A stretch of 64,000 nt of DNA. It comes from Octopus vulgaris (Eukaryota). The translations under genes and the position numbers were made by a program. The notes beneath the pieces were generated by a model that was given only the letters and a program-made list of their open reading frames with translations, made no database searches and had not been told where the DNA came from. Shown here in pieces: positions 28,103-42,925 of this stretch (within the stretch, counting starts at the first letter, position 1; each line of letters opens with the position of its first letter). The stretch spans positions 6,882,001 to 6,946,000 of the forward strand of contig OX597839.1 of NCBI GenBank assembly GCA_951406725.2, written 5' to 3'.

Positions 28103-29169
28103 AACATACATACATACATGCATACATACATACATATATATATACACACATACATATATATATATAAACATACAGACACACATACATAGACATTCATGCA
28201 CTTAAGCACACGCATATATTTACTTAAATGTGCGTGTGTGCATATGTGTGTATATTACACAAGGTAAGCTCTGCATCAACGCGCTTATTTAAATACAGTC
28301 AAACACATACCTAAACACAACACACACACACATACATACATACATACATGCATACACACACACATACAAACATACATACATACATACATACATAAATACA
28401 TACATACATACATGCATACGTACATACATACACACACACATACATACATACATACATACATACATACACACACACATATATATACATACATACATACACA
28501 CACACACATACCTACATACATACATACATGCATACATACATAATACATAATACATACGTACGTACATACATACATATACACACACACATACATACATACA
28601 TACGTAAATACATACATACATACACACACACACATACATACATACATACATACATGCACACACACATACATACATACATACATGCATACGTACATACATA
28701 CATACATACACACACATACATACATACATACATACATACATACAAACATACATACACACATACATGCATACATACATACACACACACATACATACATACA
28801 TAATACATACATACATACATACATACATACATACATACATGCATACATACATACATACATACACACACACATACATACATACATACATACATACATACAT
28901 ACATACATACATACATACATAAAGACATACGTCCATACACGCACACTCGAACACATTTCAAACAGCGGATGATACCCAGTTCTTCATACCATTGGGAATT
29001 CCTCAATTCGCACTTTGGCGCGTGTCTTCATGAAATCACATTTTCCATCTTCCCGCTTCCTTTCCAAGTCTTTTATTAACGCCTTCACACCGTCAATCCG
29101 TTCTTTCCCAATCACCTATTTCTCTTCTTAAATTCTTTAACTCATCCCAATATCAAAACCTACCTCTAC

Positions 29170-29681
29170 GTTTCTTTCCTTTTTTCCTTCTTTCGTTCTT
29201 TCTTTCTTTCTTTCTTTCTTTCTTTCGTTCCTCCTTTCATTCTTTCTTTCTTTCTTTCTTTTTTGCTTTCTTTCGTTCCTTCTTTCTTTCGTTCCTTCTT
29301 TCTTTCGTTCATTCTTTCTTTCGTTCATTCTTTCTTTCTTTCTTTCTTTCTTTCTTTCGTTCCTCCTTTCTTTCTTTCTTTCTTTCTTTCGTTCCGCCTA
29401 TCTTTCTTTCTTTCGTTCCTTCTTTCTTTCGTTCCTTCTTTCTTTCGTTCTTTCTTTCTTTCTTTCTTTCTTTCTTTCGTTCCTCCTTTCTTTCTTTCTT
29501 TCTTTCGTTCCGCCTTTCTTTCTTTCTTTCGTTCCTTCTTTCTTTCGTTCCTTTCTTTCTTTCTTTCTTTCTTTCTTTCGTTCCTTCTTTCTTTCGTTCC
29601 TTCTTTCTTTCGTTCCTCCTTTCTTTCGTTCCTCCTTTCTTTCGTTCTTTCTTTCGTTCTTTCTTTCTTTCTTTCTTTCTC

Positions 29682-29716
<35 letters not shown>

Positions 29717-29720
29717 GTTT
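29170..29720. repeat. (TTTC)n-derived polypyrimidine repeat
   Basis: Direct reading. Confidence 0.95.
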
Positions 29721-29892
29721 CGTTCATTCTTCCCTTCTTTCTTTTCACCTTCCTCTGTATTCCAGCTGTCAAACTTTCCTATTTACGACTGCTTTGTATC
29801 CACCTCTCTACATATCTATGTATGCATGCATGTATGTATGTATGTATGTATGTATGTATGTATGTATGTATGCGTGTATGTATGTATGTGTG

Positions 29893-29924
<32 letters not shown>

Positions 29925-31285
29925 CTCTTTTTAGTCTTTTCACTCTTTTACTTGGTATCATTGTGGTATCTCTTAGATACACTTAATTATAATTTAAATA
30001 TATATATACACCTTTTTTTCTTTGTTTCAGTCATTTGACTGCAGCCATGCTGGAGCACCGCATTTAGTCGAGCAAATCGACCACAGGACTTATTCTTTGA
30101 AAGCATAGTACTTATTCTATCGGATTCTTTTGCCGAACCGCCAAGTTACGGAGACACACCAGCATCGGTTGTCAAGCGATGTTGGGGAACAAACACAGAC
30201 ATCGTCATCGTCATCATCATCGTCATCATCATCGTCATGATCATCGTCATCATCATCATTACCATCGTCATCGTCATCGTCATCATTATCATCATCATGA
30301 TGATCATCATGATCATCATGATCATCGTCATGATCATCATTATCATCATGATCATGATCATGATCATCATCATCATCGTCGTCGTCATCATCATCATCAT
30401 CATCATCGTCATCGTCATCGTCAACATCATCATCGTCATCATCATCAACATCAACATCAACAAAGGATATACAACATTCTCTCTATTATGATAACCACAC
30501 CACCACCGCCACTACCGGAGCCACACCAGCTTCAGCAAAAACATCGTAAACGCTATCATCACCACAACCACAGTCTCCACCTCCTCCACCACCCGCTACA
30601 ACAACAACAACGACAACATCACCACAACCGCCACCACTGCCACCATTAACAAATAAGCAATCAAAAAGATAACAGAGAAAATAAATAAATACATAAGAAA
30701 TGAATTAATAAATAAATAGATATAAATAAAAGGAATTGTATAACTAGTCAAATAAGCAAATAATACAAATAAAAACACAAATAAGTAAACATAAAAAAGA
30801 AACATGTTTAAAAAAAATTAGAAATAAAAAAATATATATAGTAAAGTAATGAAATAAATAAGAATAATGTAAATGGATAAAAGCGAAAAATAAATAAAAT
30901 AAAATGGCAGAAAAGAGATTTGTTGCATTATCAACTTCTCGAAATACGATCATGTTGACTTTTCATTAATTGTGTGACGGGATGGAAAGATGGCGGAGAA
31001 GGAAACGCTGTAAGTGAGACAAAATAATAAATAAATATAAATGAATAGTATATACATACATAGGTGCAGGTGTGGCTGTGTGGTAAGACGCTTGCTTCTC
31101 AATCATATGATTCTGGGTTCAATCCTACTGTGTGGTGCCCTTGGTCAAGTATCTTTGACTATAGCTTCGGGTTGACCAACGACATGTGGGTGGATTTGGT
31201 AGACAGAAACTGAAAGAAGACCGTCGTGTGTATATATATATATATATATATATACTAACAATATAGGATGATGTCCCCTCGTAAG

Positions 31286-31346
31286 CTCTACTGAAGAAGA
31301 ATATATCCTTTATAGGGATTAATTCCGAAATTGATTCAATATAGAG
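31286..31346 (+). ncRNA. Type-I hammerhead ribozyme (family HC)
   Basis: CTCTA-CTGAAGA-AGAAT-ATATCCTTTATAGGGATTA-ATTCC-GAAA-TTG-ATT-CAA-TA-TAGAG; stem I CTCTA/TAGAG, extended stem II, AUA triplet. Confidence 0.8.
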
Positions 31347-31633
31347 ATAACGAAATTTAAATTTTCTAAAGGTTAGTTGCCCACTGTCAGTTCAATTTTC
31401 CTGTAACAAGTGGATTATAAGTGGATAAATCAGTGTATTGGTTATAGAATAACCTTCTTTAGCCCTTAATTATAAGATATATATATATATATATATATAT
31501 AAGTTCAGCAAAATTTAGATTCAGATGAATATGGTTCTTAAGTTAAAGGCACCAGAATTTGGAATGGTATTATCCATATAAATCAAATGGTGTGATTATA
31601 ATTAAAATAAGCAACAAGGATATCCAAGGTAGA

Positions 31634-31719
31634 GTAGTACAATCGTTTCATGCTACTTCATTTTATTAAACAATGTAAGTATTACATCAGTTTTAAAATG
31701 TAGAGCAATCTTCAGCCAC
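31634..31719 (-). ncRNA. Type-I hammerhead ribozyme, long stem II (family HB), in element ~31500-31770
   Basis: Minus strand GTGG-CTGAAGA-TTGCT...AGCAT-GAAA-CGATTG-TA-CTAC; flanks homologous to 12930-13205. Confidence 0.75.
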
Positions 31720-31764
31720 ATATAGAATTTTTTAATTAAATTATATTTAATGTAATTACATTTT

Positions 31765-31810
<46 letters not shown>

Positions 31811-32341
31811 TGTGTAGTAACTTGTGAATATTTATTACCTTGTATCTTATCGTGTGAATTATTAATTCACTAAGTCTTATGTTGATGTATTATATTTTAC
31901 CTGTGTATTTATATATATGAGTATTTTTGAATATTTTTAATTACCTACAAGTTTTATTTTATATCATATCCAAATTTTATACATTCTTTTTATATCTCTT
32001 TGTATATCTATTTATGTATTTATATATTTATAATGCCAACGTATTTTTTAAATATTTAAAAATATTTTAGAATATTTGAGTATTCTTAAATATGAAATAT
32101 TTATATGTTCATATAATTGTCTGTTTTAATGCTGTTTTATCTGGAACTTTATATTGATTTATTAATGTCCAATGAAGGTACACATATATATTGAATGTTC
32201 TATTGGATAATAGGTCATGTTCCTCTAGTTTTCCGCTGGTATTGCCTCCATTGAAATCATAAATTGGAAATTAGCTCAATTAGAGCACTTTAATTCTAGC
32301 CTGTTTCTGAGTATTGTTAAAGTTAACAATCTCTACATAAA

Positions 32342-32423
<82 letters not shown>

Positions 32424-32621
32424 CATACATACATACATATATATATATATATACGTATATGTGTGTGTGTGTGTGTGTCTGTGTATGTGTGTGTGTGTGT
32501 GTATAAGTCATTACCTTCCATAAAAAGCCTTTTTTATTTACAATGTGCATCTTCGTTGATTTTTCTTATTTTCCCTTACATTTCCACATGTATTTTATAG
32601 TTTCTTTTTGTAACATATATC

Positions 32622-32681
<60 letters not shown>

Positions 32682-32867
32682 TACATATACATATACATGC
32701 ATACATATATATATATATATATATATACGTACTTATACATATACATATACATTTATATATCTATAGCTGATTAAAAACATGGAGAAAAAAGACCAGATAA
32801 AACGACAACGTGAGAACGTACCACATACAATGTATTAAAAAGACGCTCAAAGAAGAAAAGAGTGGTT

Positions 32868-32902
32868 GTTTTACGTTTCGAACATAACTCTTCTTCGGAA
32901 AC
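32868..32902 (-). ncRNA. Family HA hammerhead, diverged copy
   Basis: Minus strand GTTT-CCGAAGA-A-GAGT-TAT-GTTC-GAAA-CGTA-AAAC; stem II retained through G-U pairs. Confidence 0.72.
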
Positions 32903-32982
32903 AAACGACATAGCAAAGTCCAAAAGAAAAAGAAAAAGGAGGAAATAAATTGGCCAACAGTCTAGAAAGAAGGAAAGAGAGA

Positions 32983-33055
<73 letters not shown>

Positions 33056-33434
33056 TGTGTGTGTGTGTGTGTGTGCCTGTGTGTGAAGTGTATAGACAGG
33101 CGCAAGTGTGGTTGTGGTAAAAGGTTTGCTTCCGAACCACATAGTTTCGGGGTCAAATGTTTTCTACCATAACCTCCGACCGACCAGTATCGCTTTGTTC
33201 ATGTCACCGATAGAATAAGCACAAGACTTTAGAAAAAAAAAGACAAACAAGTCCTGGGATCAACTTATTCGACTACAATGTGCACCAGTATGGCCGCAGT
33301 CTAGTGACTGAAACTCGTAAAAGATACTAGGTCTATCTATCTATATATCACTCTACTTCTCTATCTATACACGTATTGAAAGAATTACGAAGAAATTAAA
33401 TACGATATAGGCTTAAGGAGAAAAGAAATCGTAT

Positions 33435-33491
<57 letters not shown>

Positions 33492-33686
33492 TACACGATG
33501 TCTTTTCTTTTCTCTTTATACCTATATCGTATTTAATTCCTTCGTAATTCCTTCACCCAACCCCATTCCTCTGAAGCGTTTCAAATTAAGACTGGCACAT
33601 GCTGCCAATCTAGACGGAGGGAATTTTGTAACAAGTTGTGCACCCATCTCTAAATCAACATCTAACCAAACTAACATCTAATATAC

Positions 33687-33722
<36 letters not shown>

Positions 33723-34136
33723 TTGTTTTTTATCGTTATATTTGTTTTTATAGAATCACCACTCTGCCTTTTTTCCTATCCATTATATAGAGATCTGCAT
33801 GAGTGTATATATGTATGCATATATATATATACACTCACGCATATCTCTATATAATGATAGGAAAAAAGGTAGAGTGGTGATTCTATAAAAACAAATATAA
33901 AGATAAAAAAGAAGTACGACAAAAACAACATAGCGCAAATGATGGATTGGTCATCGAAGTACACGCGCGCGTGTGCAAGTGCGTCGTGTGTGTGTGTGTG
34001 TGTGTGTACGTGTTGAAGGTAGCGGCATTTTTCTGTTCGAAGTTTCTAATTCCGAACTGCTTCTCTCACTCGCTCTGACAAACATGGCCATCACCACTAC
34101 CGGAGACAATTAAATTCTGATGCATGTATGTGTAGA

Positions 34137-34168
<32 letters not shown>

Positions 34169-34287
34169 TGTGCTTGTGTGTGCTTCTATGCGTGCGTGCG
34201 TGCGTTTTTATATATATATATATATACACATATATATCTATATCTATATATATATATACATATATATATACATATATATATATATTC

Positions 34288-34354
<67 letters not shown>

Positions 34355-34596
34355 TGTGGTTAATCATTCGTTGGTGATTTATCAGAGGAACGAAAAATAT
34401 CGGAGATAAAAGATGGAAAACAAACAGGAAGCAGGAACGTTATTGAATTTAAAAGGAAAAAAAACAAAATAAGCCCTAACCAAATGGAATGGAGGGGGAA
34501 ATTGTTGTTTGCTTGAGTTCCTCGGCCAATCTTCTATATCTCTTACATACATCACCACCGTACACGCGAACTAATTTCTATCTATGTATCCATCTG

Positions 34597-34675
<79 letters not shown>

Positions 34676-34680
34676 GTCTG

Positions 34681-34771
<91 letters not shown>

Positions 34772-34772
<1 letters not shown>

Positions 34773-35002
34773 GGCGGCGAGCTGGCAGAACCGTTAGCAC
34801 GCCGGGCAAAATGCGTAGCTCTATTTCGTCTGCCGTTACTTTCTGAGTTCAGATTCCGCCGAGGTCGACTTTACCTTTCATCCTTTCGGGGTCAATAGAT
34901 TAAGTACCAGTTTCGCACTGGGGTCAATATAATTGACTTAATCCGTTTGTCTGTCCTTGTTTGTCCCCTCTATGTTTAGCCCCTTGTGGGTAGTAAAGAA
35001 AT
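34772..35002 (+). mobile_element. SINE family B, full length
   Basis: AGGCGGCGAGCTGGCAGAA...GAGTTCAGATTCC...TCATCCTTTCGGGGTC...GTAAAGAAAT. Confidence 0.92.
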
Positions 35003-35118
35003 GTATATATCTATCTATCTGTCTATATGTCTGTCTGTCTGTCTGTCTATCCATCTATTTATCTATCTATCTTTTATCTCTTTCTTTCTCTCTCACTCTC
35101 TCTCTCCTACACACACAC

Positions 35119-35169
<51 letters not shown>

Positions 35170-35872
35170 ATAGTAAGCACATAATAAATGAGAAACATGG
35201 TGGAAAATAAAGTACTCGAATACCGGAGGTAGAGTAATATGCTTTATATCATTATTATTAACGCTGCAGAAACATCACAAAAATATCAGAAAAATCTGCT
35301 ACTCAGATTTTCCCGTTCTCGTTCATCGAACATGTTAGATTAACAATGGAACAAAATAAATTTGTATATATAAAATATACAGTTTACATTGACAGATACA
35401 CATTAGAAATTCAGTTTCTTTTCATTGGTCCTTTCGACTAACGATTTTTTCTAATCAATGATGATAGGTTTAAAATCGTATTATGTGAGATCGAAGAAAG
35501 CCTTAAATCAAAATTCAAAATAAATTTCAAAAATGGCTGTTGTTAGAAGGGAAAAAACGTATACACCCATAATATTTTAATTAATTATAAAATATGTTTA
35601 ATTAAAAGTAAATAAATGTAAGTTTTTTTAATAGTAATATTCACTTACATAAATCGAACGGCCCAAAATAAACACACTACTTATACACACTAAGATCATA
35701 AACGTACATATATACACTAAACATACAGACACTAATATATGCATACATACATATCTACAAACATACAAAGGCAAGATATAAATATGAATATATATACTGA
35801 TGTATATATAGGTAAATACGCACACGAATATGTATACACTTCGTACGACTTCGTGTGCATGTCGTGAAAACG

Positions 35873-36482
35873 CAAGAAGAAGAAGAAGAAGGAGAAGAAG
35901 AAGAAGAAGAAGAAGAAGAAGAAGAAGAAGGAGGAGGAGGAGAAAGAGAAGGAGAAGAAGAAGAAGAAGAAGAAGAAGGAGAAGAAGGAGGAGAAGGAGA
36001 AGGAGGAGAAGAAGAAGAAGAAGAAGATGAAGGAGAAGAAGAAGAAGAAGAAGAAGAAGATGAAGAAGAAGAAGAAGAAGAAGGAGAAGAAGGAGAAGGA
36101 GAAGAAGGAGAAGAAGAAGGAGAAGGAGAAGGAGAAGAAGAAGATGATGAAGAAGAAGAAGAAGAAGAAGAAGAAGATGATGAAGAAGAAGAAGAAGAAG
36201 AAGAAGAAGAAGAAGAAGAAGAAGAAGAAGAAGAAGAAGAAGAAGAAGAAGAAGAAGAAGAAGACAAAAGAAATGATGAATATGAAGAGAGATTAAGAAG
36301 AAACCCCAAGAAATAAAAAAAAAATTAAAAGCGGAAGTAAAAAAAGAAAAAAAAAGAACGGAAAAACGGAGGAAAAAGAAAGGAAGACAGAAGAAGAAGA
36401 AGAAGAAGAAGAAGAAGAAGAAGAAGAAGAAGAAGAAGAAGAAGAAGAAGAAGAAGAAGAAGAAGAAGAAGAAGAAGAAGAA
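35873..36482. repeat. (GAA)n/(GGA)n polypurine microsatellite
   Basis: Direct reading. Confidence 0.95.
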
Positions 36483-36798
36483 GGAAAGCAAGAAACAAGC
36501 TAAGCCACAGTCTTAAAACCCGAATAAAAAAAAATCAAGAAAAACTTAGCGAAACCACGACCACCGCAACCACCAACACTATCACCCCCACATGCATCAA
36601 CAATAACGACTGAAAAAGTACCAGGGGGTCAACACTACTTGATTACAGACATTGAGAAAAAAGAAGAAAATTAGACGGTTCATTCGGTGCATAATGTCAA
36701 TGGGGAAAAATTTAAGAGACACATCGCAATTTTAATGGCTTCCCCCGCAACGGTTTTTCACCGTTTGGCTTATATTTAGGATCATGTTTGTGCCTTTA

Positions 36799-36910
<112 letters not shown>

Positions 36911-37002
36911 CATATATATATATATATATATATGCATATATATATGTATATATATGTATATGTATATATATTTATATATATATATTTATATGTATTTATA
37001 TG

Positions 37003-37140
<138 letters not shown>

Positions 37141-37800
37141 TGTTCTAAACGACAGCCATTGAGAGTTGCAGGTGTAGAATTTTATTGTAGCTGCTTAAAG
37201 CCATGCTTGTTACGTGTACGTGTGTATGAGTGTATGAGTGTGTGGGTGTGTGGGTGTATGCGCGTTCACGCACGCACACACACACATGCATTCGTACATT
37301 CCCACTCGCGCACAAATACAAACGTGCGCAGTGTTACAGTTATCCGCACGCTCATACAGATATACAACAATATCACACGACGCAGATGCTGTGCGTCAAA
37401 TAATCACATGCAATCACAAAAGCAAGATAATGGAGCATATCCAGTGACATATATGCCTCTCCTTCTCAAACCTTCTCTCTCTCCTGCACACCCACTCTCT
37501 CACTACCTATCCATATGTGTGTGTGTGTGTGTGTCTGTCTGTCTGTCTGTTTTCTCCCTCTGTGTCTCTCTATCTATCTATCTATCTATCTATCTTTTTT
37601 TTTCTTTTATTCTTTTTATTTTTTATTTTATTTATTTTTTTTTTGTTCTTTTCTTCCCTTTTACAATCCCTCTTGATCGAAAACCTACGCCACCACCTTT
37701 TTTTTTCTTTTGTTTTTTGTTTTTTTCATCTCCCAAATGAAAAGCTCTACCTTGTAACTTGTCCCATCTGTGTGCAGCCCTGTGTGGCCAATAAAGAAAC

Positions 37801-37928
<128 letters not shown>

Positions 37929-37929
37929 G

Positions 37930-37999
<70 letters not shown>

Positions 38000-38344
38000 C
38001 CCATCCATCCATCTCTCTATCTGTGTATCTATTTATCTGTCTATCTGAAACAGAGTTATTAGCGAAAAATTGTTAATCCGTGCAAAATACTTTATAAGTT
38101 CTCTGTAACTACACCAGGTTAGCGATAATGTTTTGGTTAAGAAAGAACTGGTGAGTTCGCAGAAACGTTAGCACGTCGGGCGAAATGCTTAGCGGTATTT
38201 CGTCTGCCGCTACGTTCTGAGTTCAAATTCCGCCGAGGTCGACCATTCAAACGTTCTAGCAAAATCCAAGTCGTGGCTAGCTACTTAGATTCGAGTTTAA
38301 CAATATCAATGTATTTCTTTCGATCGATTCGCTCCACTGGATAC

Positions 38345-38552
38345 GCTTTTACGCTTTTACGCTTTTATTTGTTTCAGTCATTTGACTGCAGCCATGCTGG
38401 AGCACCGCCTTTAGTCGAGCAAATCGACCCCAGGACTTATTCTTTGTAAGCCTAGTACTTATTCTATCGGTCTCTTTTGAAGAACCGCCAATCACGGAGA
38501 CATAAACATACCAGCATTGGTTGTCAAGCGATGTTGGGGGACAAACACACAA

Positions 38553-38618
<66 letters not shown>

Positions 38619-38772
38619 GACAGGCTTCTTTCAGTTTCCGTCTACAAAATCCACTCACAAGGCTTTGGTTGGCCCAAGGCTATAGTAGAAGACACTTACC
38701 CAAGTTGCCACGCAGTGGGACTGAACCCGGAACCATGTGGTTGGTAAGCAAGCTACTTACCACACAGCCACT
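38345..38772 (-). mobile_element. SINE family A
   Basis: Homology. Confidence 0.92.
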
Positions 38773-39131
38773 CATTTTAATGAGTCGATATCCAAGATAG
38801 CTCAAATACATAAGGAGGATCATACATTTACACAGTTTTATACAGTATATTTTATACAGTCATTTATACAGTATATTTAAGTCAAATCTCTGTCCGATAC
38901 TTGTTTCTGTTGCATGGATATCTTGCAATGAGGTTTTCATGAGCATCCCGCTTGTTCATCTAGTTAAAACACCACCCATGCAACTTTATTCATAAAATAT
39001 TATTACATACATCTTATAAATTAAATAAAAGAAAGGAATTTGGCAAAGATAAATTTCGCCTGTTCATCAGAAACATGTCCCTTTGAGTTTTTTCATAGAG
39101 AGTTGGTCTTGCTCGGTGATTACTATTTAAC

Positions 39132-39647
39132 TAGAAAGGGTATGGCCTGGTCAGCCTGTAATGACATGCATAAGATCTGATTATCAAATCTAAGTAGAGA
39201 CTTCAAACTTGAAATCTTCAATGCCACAGTCGAACCAATTCTACTATATGGCTCAGAAACCTGGACGTTATCAAAGAAGCTTGAGAGGCTGTTGGATGGA
39301 ACCTACACTCGCCTCCTTATGAGAGCTCAAAATCTCTCGAGAAGCGCCATCCAACCAAAATGCAAATATATGGGAAACTACCACCTGTGTCATCTCTTGT
39401 GAAAGGTAGAAGAGTCCAGTTTGCTGGACATTGTTGTAGAGCTGAAAAAGAAGTAGTTTCTACTCTTCTCCTCTGGAAGCCATCTACTCGCAATACCAGA
39501 GGGCGCACACTCTCCTACCCTGATGTAATCTCCAGGGATACAGGCATCCAGCAACAGGACCTCCGTAATGCCATGATGGACCGTGAAGTCTGGCGTAGCA
39601 TGGTAAATTCCATTGTCTCGACCACGGTCGAACAATGATGATGATGA
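39132..39647 (+). mobile_element. 5'-truncated RTE-group LINE with (TGA)n tail and 15-bp TSD
   Basis: RKGMAWSACNDMHKI*..VEPILLYGSETWTLSK...FAGHC.RAEKE...LLLWKP...MMDREVWR; TSD TGATTACTATTTAAC at 39117-39131 and 39648-39662. Confidence 0.92.
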
Positions 39648-39974
39648 TGATTACTATTTAACAGCTGCGGTATTATAACTGTACCAAGGTAGCATAATTA
39701 AACGGAATCGAACTATAATGCTTTAGTAGAGGAAAATTAATGTTGAGTGCAAAGAATATATATCAGCCTTTGTGTCTGCATTTGTCCCCACCACCGTTTG
39801 ACAACCGGTGCTGGTTTGTTTATGTCCCTTTAATTTAGCGAGCTGGCAAAAGCGTCCTATAGAATAAGTGCCACATTTTAAAAGGAAAATGTATTGGAGT
39901 CGATTTATTCGACAAAAAGTCTTCATATCAGAGCCCCAGCATGGTCGCAATCTAATGGCTAAAAGAAGCAAAAA

Positions 39975-40266
39975 CCCAGTACTTATTCTATCGGTCTCGT
40001 TTGCCGAACCGCTAAGTAACGGGGACATAAACACACCAGCATCGGTTGTCAAGCAATGCTAGGGGGACAAACACAGACACACAAACATACACGCACACAC
40101 ACATATATATATACATATATATGACGGGCTTCTTTCAGTTTCCGTCTACCAAATCCACTCTGAGAGCTTTGGTCGGCCCGAGGATATAGTAGAAGACACT
40201 TGCCCAAGGTGCCACGCAGTGTGACTGAACCCGGAACCATATGGTTGGTAAGCAAGCTACTTACCA
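39975..40266 (-). mobile_element. SINE family A, inverted partner of 40930-41328
   Basis: Homology plus shared private variants. Confidence 0.9.
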
Positions 40267-40624
40267 TATATATAGTCAGGTGAGTTCGTTATTTTTTTTA
40301 TCTCTTTACCTGCGTGACTTGTTGAATATTGCTGCCTGGGAGATATCTTATGGTAGCAAAATAGTAGCTTAACTGCTATTTCTAAATTTCGGTATGTGGT
40401 GAAGCAAATTTTGGAGAACCCTAATTATAATTATAGTCATAATTATAGAATTTTTGTGTATATGTATATATATATATATAGATAGATTTTGCTAATATTT
40501 AAATAGAGAAACAGTGACTCAGGAGTCCAGAGTTTTGTGCACTAGTACTTATCAGCCTATATATACATACATACATACATACATACATACATACATACAT
40601 ACATACATACATACATACATACAT

Positions 40625-40901
40625 GAGCACTCCGTCGTTGATATGATCAACGGAACAGCTTGCTCGTGAAATTAACGTGCATGTAGCTGAGTCCTCCACA
40701 GACACGGGTACCCTCAACGTATCTCTCAGGGAGACTCAGCGTAACAAGGCCGGCCCTTTGAAATACAGGTACTACTCATTTTTACCAGCTGAGTAGACTG
40801 AAGCAACGTGAAATAACATATCTTGCTCAAGGACACAACGCCTCGGAATTGGACTCACGATCGTGAGCCGAATGCTCTAACCACTGAGCCACGCGCCTTC
40901 A
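40625..40901 (-). mobile_element. tRNA-derived SINE family D
   Basis: Minus strand GAAGGCGCGTGGCTCAGTGGTTAGAGCATTCGG...TGTCCTTGAGCAAGA...CAGCTGG.AAAAATGAGTAG...GACGGAGTGCTC. Confidence 0.85.
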
Positions 40902-40929
40902 CCATATATATATATATATATATATATAT

Positions 40930-41083
40930 ATGGTAAGTAGCTTACTAACCAACCACATGGTTCCGGGTTCAGTCACACTGCGTGGCACCTTGGGCAAGTG
41001 TCTTCTCCTATATCCTCGGGTCGACCAAAGCTTTCACAGTGGATTTGGTAGACGGAAACTGAAAGAAGCCCGTCGTATATATG

Positions 41084-41119
<36 letters not shown>

Positions 41120-41328
41120 CGTGTATGTTTGTGTGTCTGTGTTTGTCCCCGTAGCATTGCTTGACAACCGATGCTGGTGTGTTTATGTCCCCGTAACTTA
41201 GCGGTTCGGCAAAAGAGACCGATAGAATAAGTACTGGGCTTACAAAGAATAAGTCCCGGGGTCGAGTTGCTCGACTAAAGGCGGTGCTCCAGCATGGCCG
41301 CAGTCAAATGACTGAAACAAGTAAAAGG
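40930..41328 (+). mobile_element. SINE family A
   Basis: Homology. Confidence 0.92.
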
Positions 41329-41329
41329 G

Positions 41330-41362
<33 letters not shown>

Positions 41363-41400
41363 ATATGACCATACACATGTATATACATAAATATACACGA

Positions 41401-41433
<33 letters not shown>

Positions 41434-41519
41434 CATACACATACACACTCATAAGTGCACACACATATATCTGAGTGTTTGTGTGAGTATGTCTGTATAT
41501 GCTTTTGTGTGTGTGTGCG

Positions 41520-41552
<33 letters not shown>

Positions 41553-42239
41553 GAGTGCTCAAACGTGTACAATTCTAGACAAACAACCACAAAAACACCA
41601 TAACAGAAACCTCAAACAATACGAAGAAATATTCCTTTCTCTCCCATTTATTTTTTTTAGTCATAACTAAAATATTTAAATGGAAATGTTGAGCGAGTTC
41701 CTTCTTCCCCACTCCGTTAAGTGAACATCCACAATGGTCTCGCCACAGTTGCCTACTAAGCACTCGGGACGCCTCATCGTTTTTCACACTGTGAGGGTCT
41801 TCTTTACATTAACCCAAATACCCGCAATAAGAGCTACATAACAAACCCCATAGTGACTTGAAAGCTGCTATACACGCACGCATGCGCATTGTAATACTGC
41901 GGAAGTGACGTACACACATAGCGTGTTGGGTATAGTTCTAAGTGAGTGTATATATTGAGTATAGCCGTGAGTGTGTATAGTATACACATATGCAAGAGTA
42001 TGTTTTCTCACTCACAGACACAAACACGCGTGCGCCTGCGTACTAGTTACGCATATGCTACAGACACACAAACACACACACACACTGGCATATCCACAAA
42101 TGTGTGTATACGCACAAGTGTTTAAACTAACACGCACGCACACATATACAAAGAGGGAAAGAGAAAGAGAGACAGAGAAAGAGAGAGAGACAACAAACAG
42201 ACAGACTTATTGAGACAGAAATGTTTATCGATGTATACG

Positions 42240-42293
<54 letters not shown>

Positions 42294-42711
42294 GATAGGT
42301 AGATATATATATGTATATATATATATATGAATATATATATATAAACACAAATGTATATATATATATATATGTATACATATATATATATGTGTATGCATAT
42401 ATATGTGTATATATGTATATATATACATATATGTATGTATACATATACATATATTCACATTATATATATTATATATAGGCATATATATATTTATATTATA
42501 TTATATATATATATATATACTTGCATGTTACAATATACATGCATATACGCATATATTCATGCATGCACTACCGCACCTATTCATACATATATATACATAC
42601 ATGTATACATACATACATACATGCATGCATACATACATACATGCATACGTACGTACATACATACGTACATACATACACGCATACATACATGCCTATATTT
42701 ATATACATATA

Positions 42712-42925
42712 AGGCGGTGAGCAGGCAGAAACGTTAGCACGCCGGGCGGAATGCTTAGTGGTATTTCAACTGTCTTTATGTTCTGAGTTCAAATTCCGCC
42801 AAGGCCGACTTTGGCTTTCAGCCTTTCGGGGTCGATAAATTAAGTACCAGTCGCTTTCTGTGGGTCTATCTAATCGACTGAAACCCTCCCCCAAAATTTC
42901 GTGCCTTTTGCCTATAGTAGAAAAT
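42712..42925 (+). mobile_element. SINE family B variant
   Basis: AGGCGGTGAGCAGGCAGAAACGTTAGCACGCCGGGC... Confidence 0.88.

Noticed and set aside
35855-36316. Poly-Glu acidic ORF
   Set aside because: It is a (GAA)n tract open in several frames with no splice or start context.
39040-39076. Minus-strand CTGATGA-ACAGGC-GAAA hammerhead-like core
   Set aside because: No stem I or stem II pairing.
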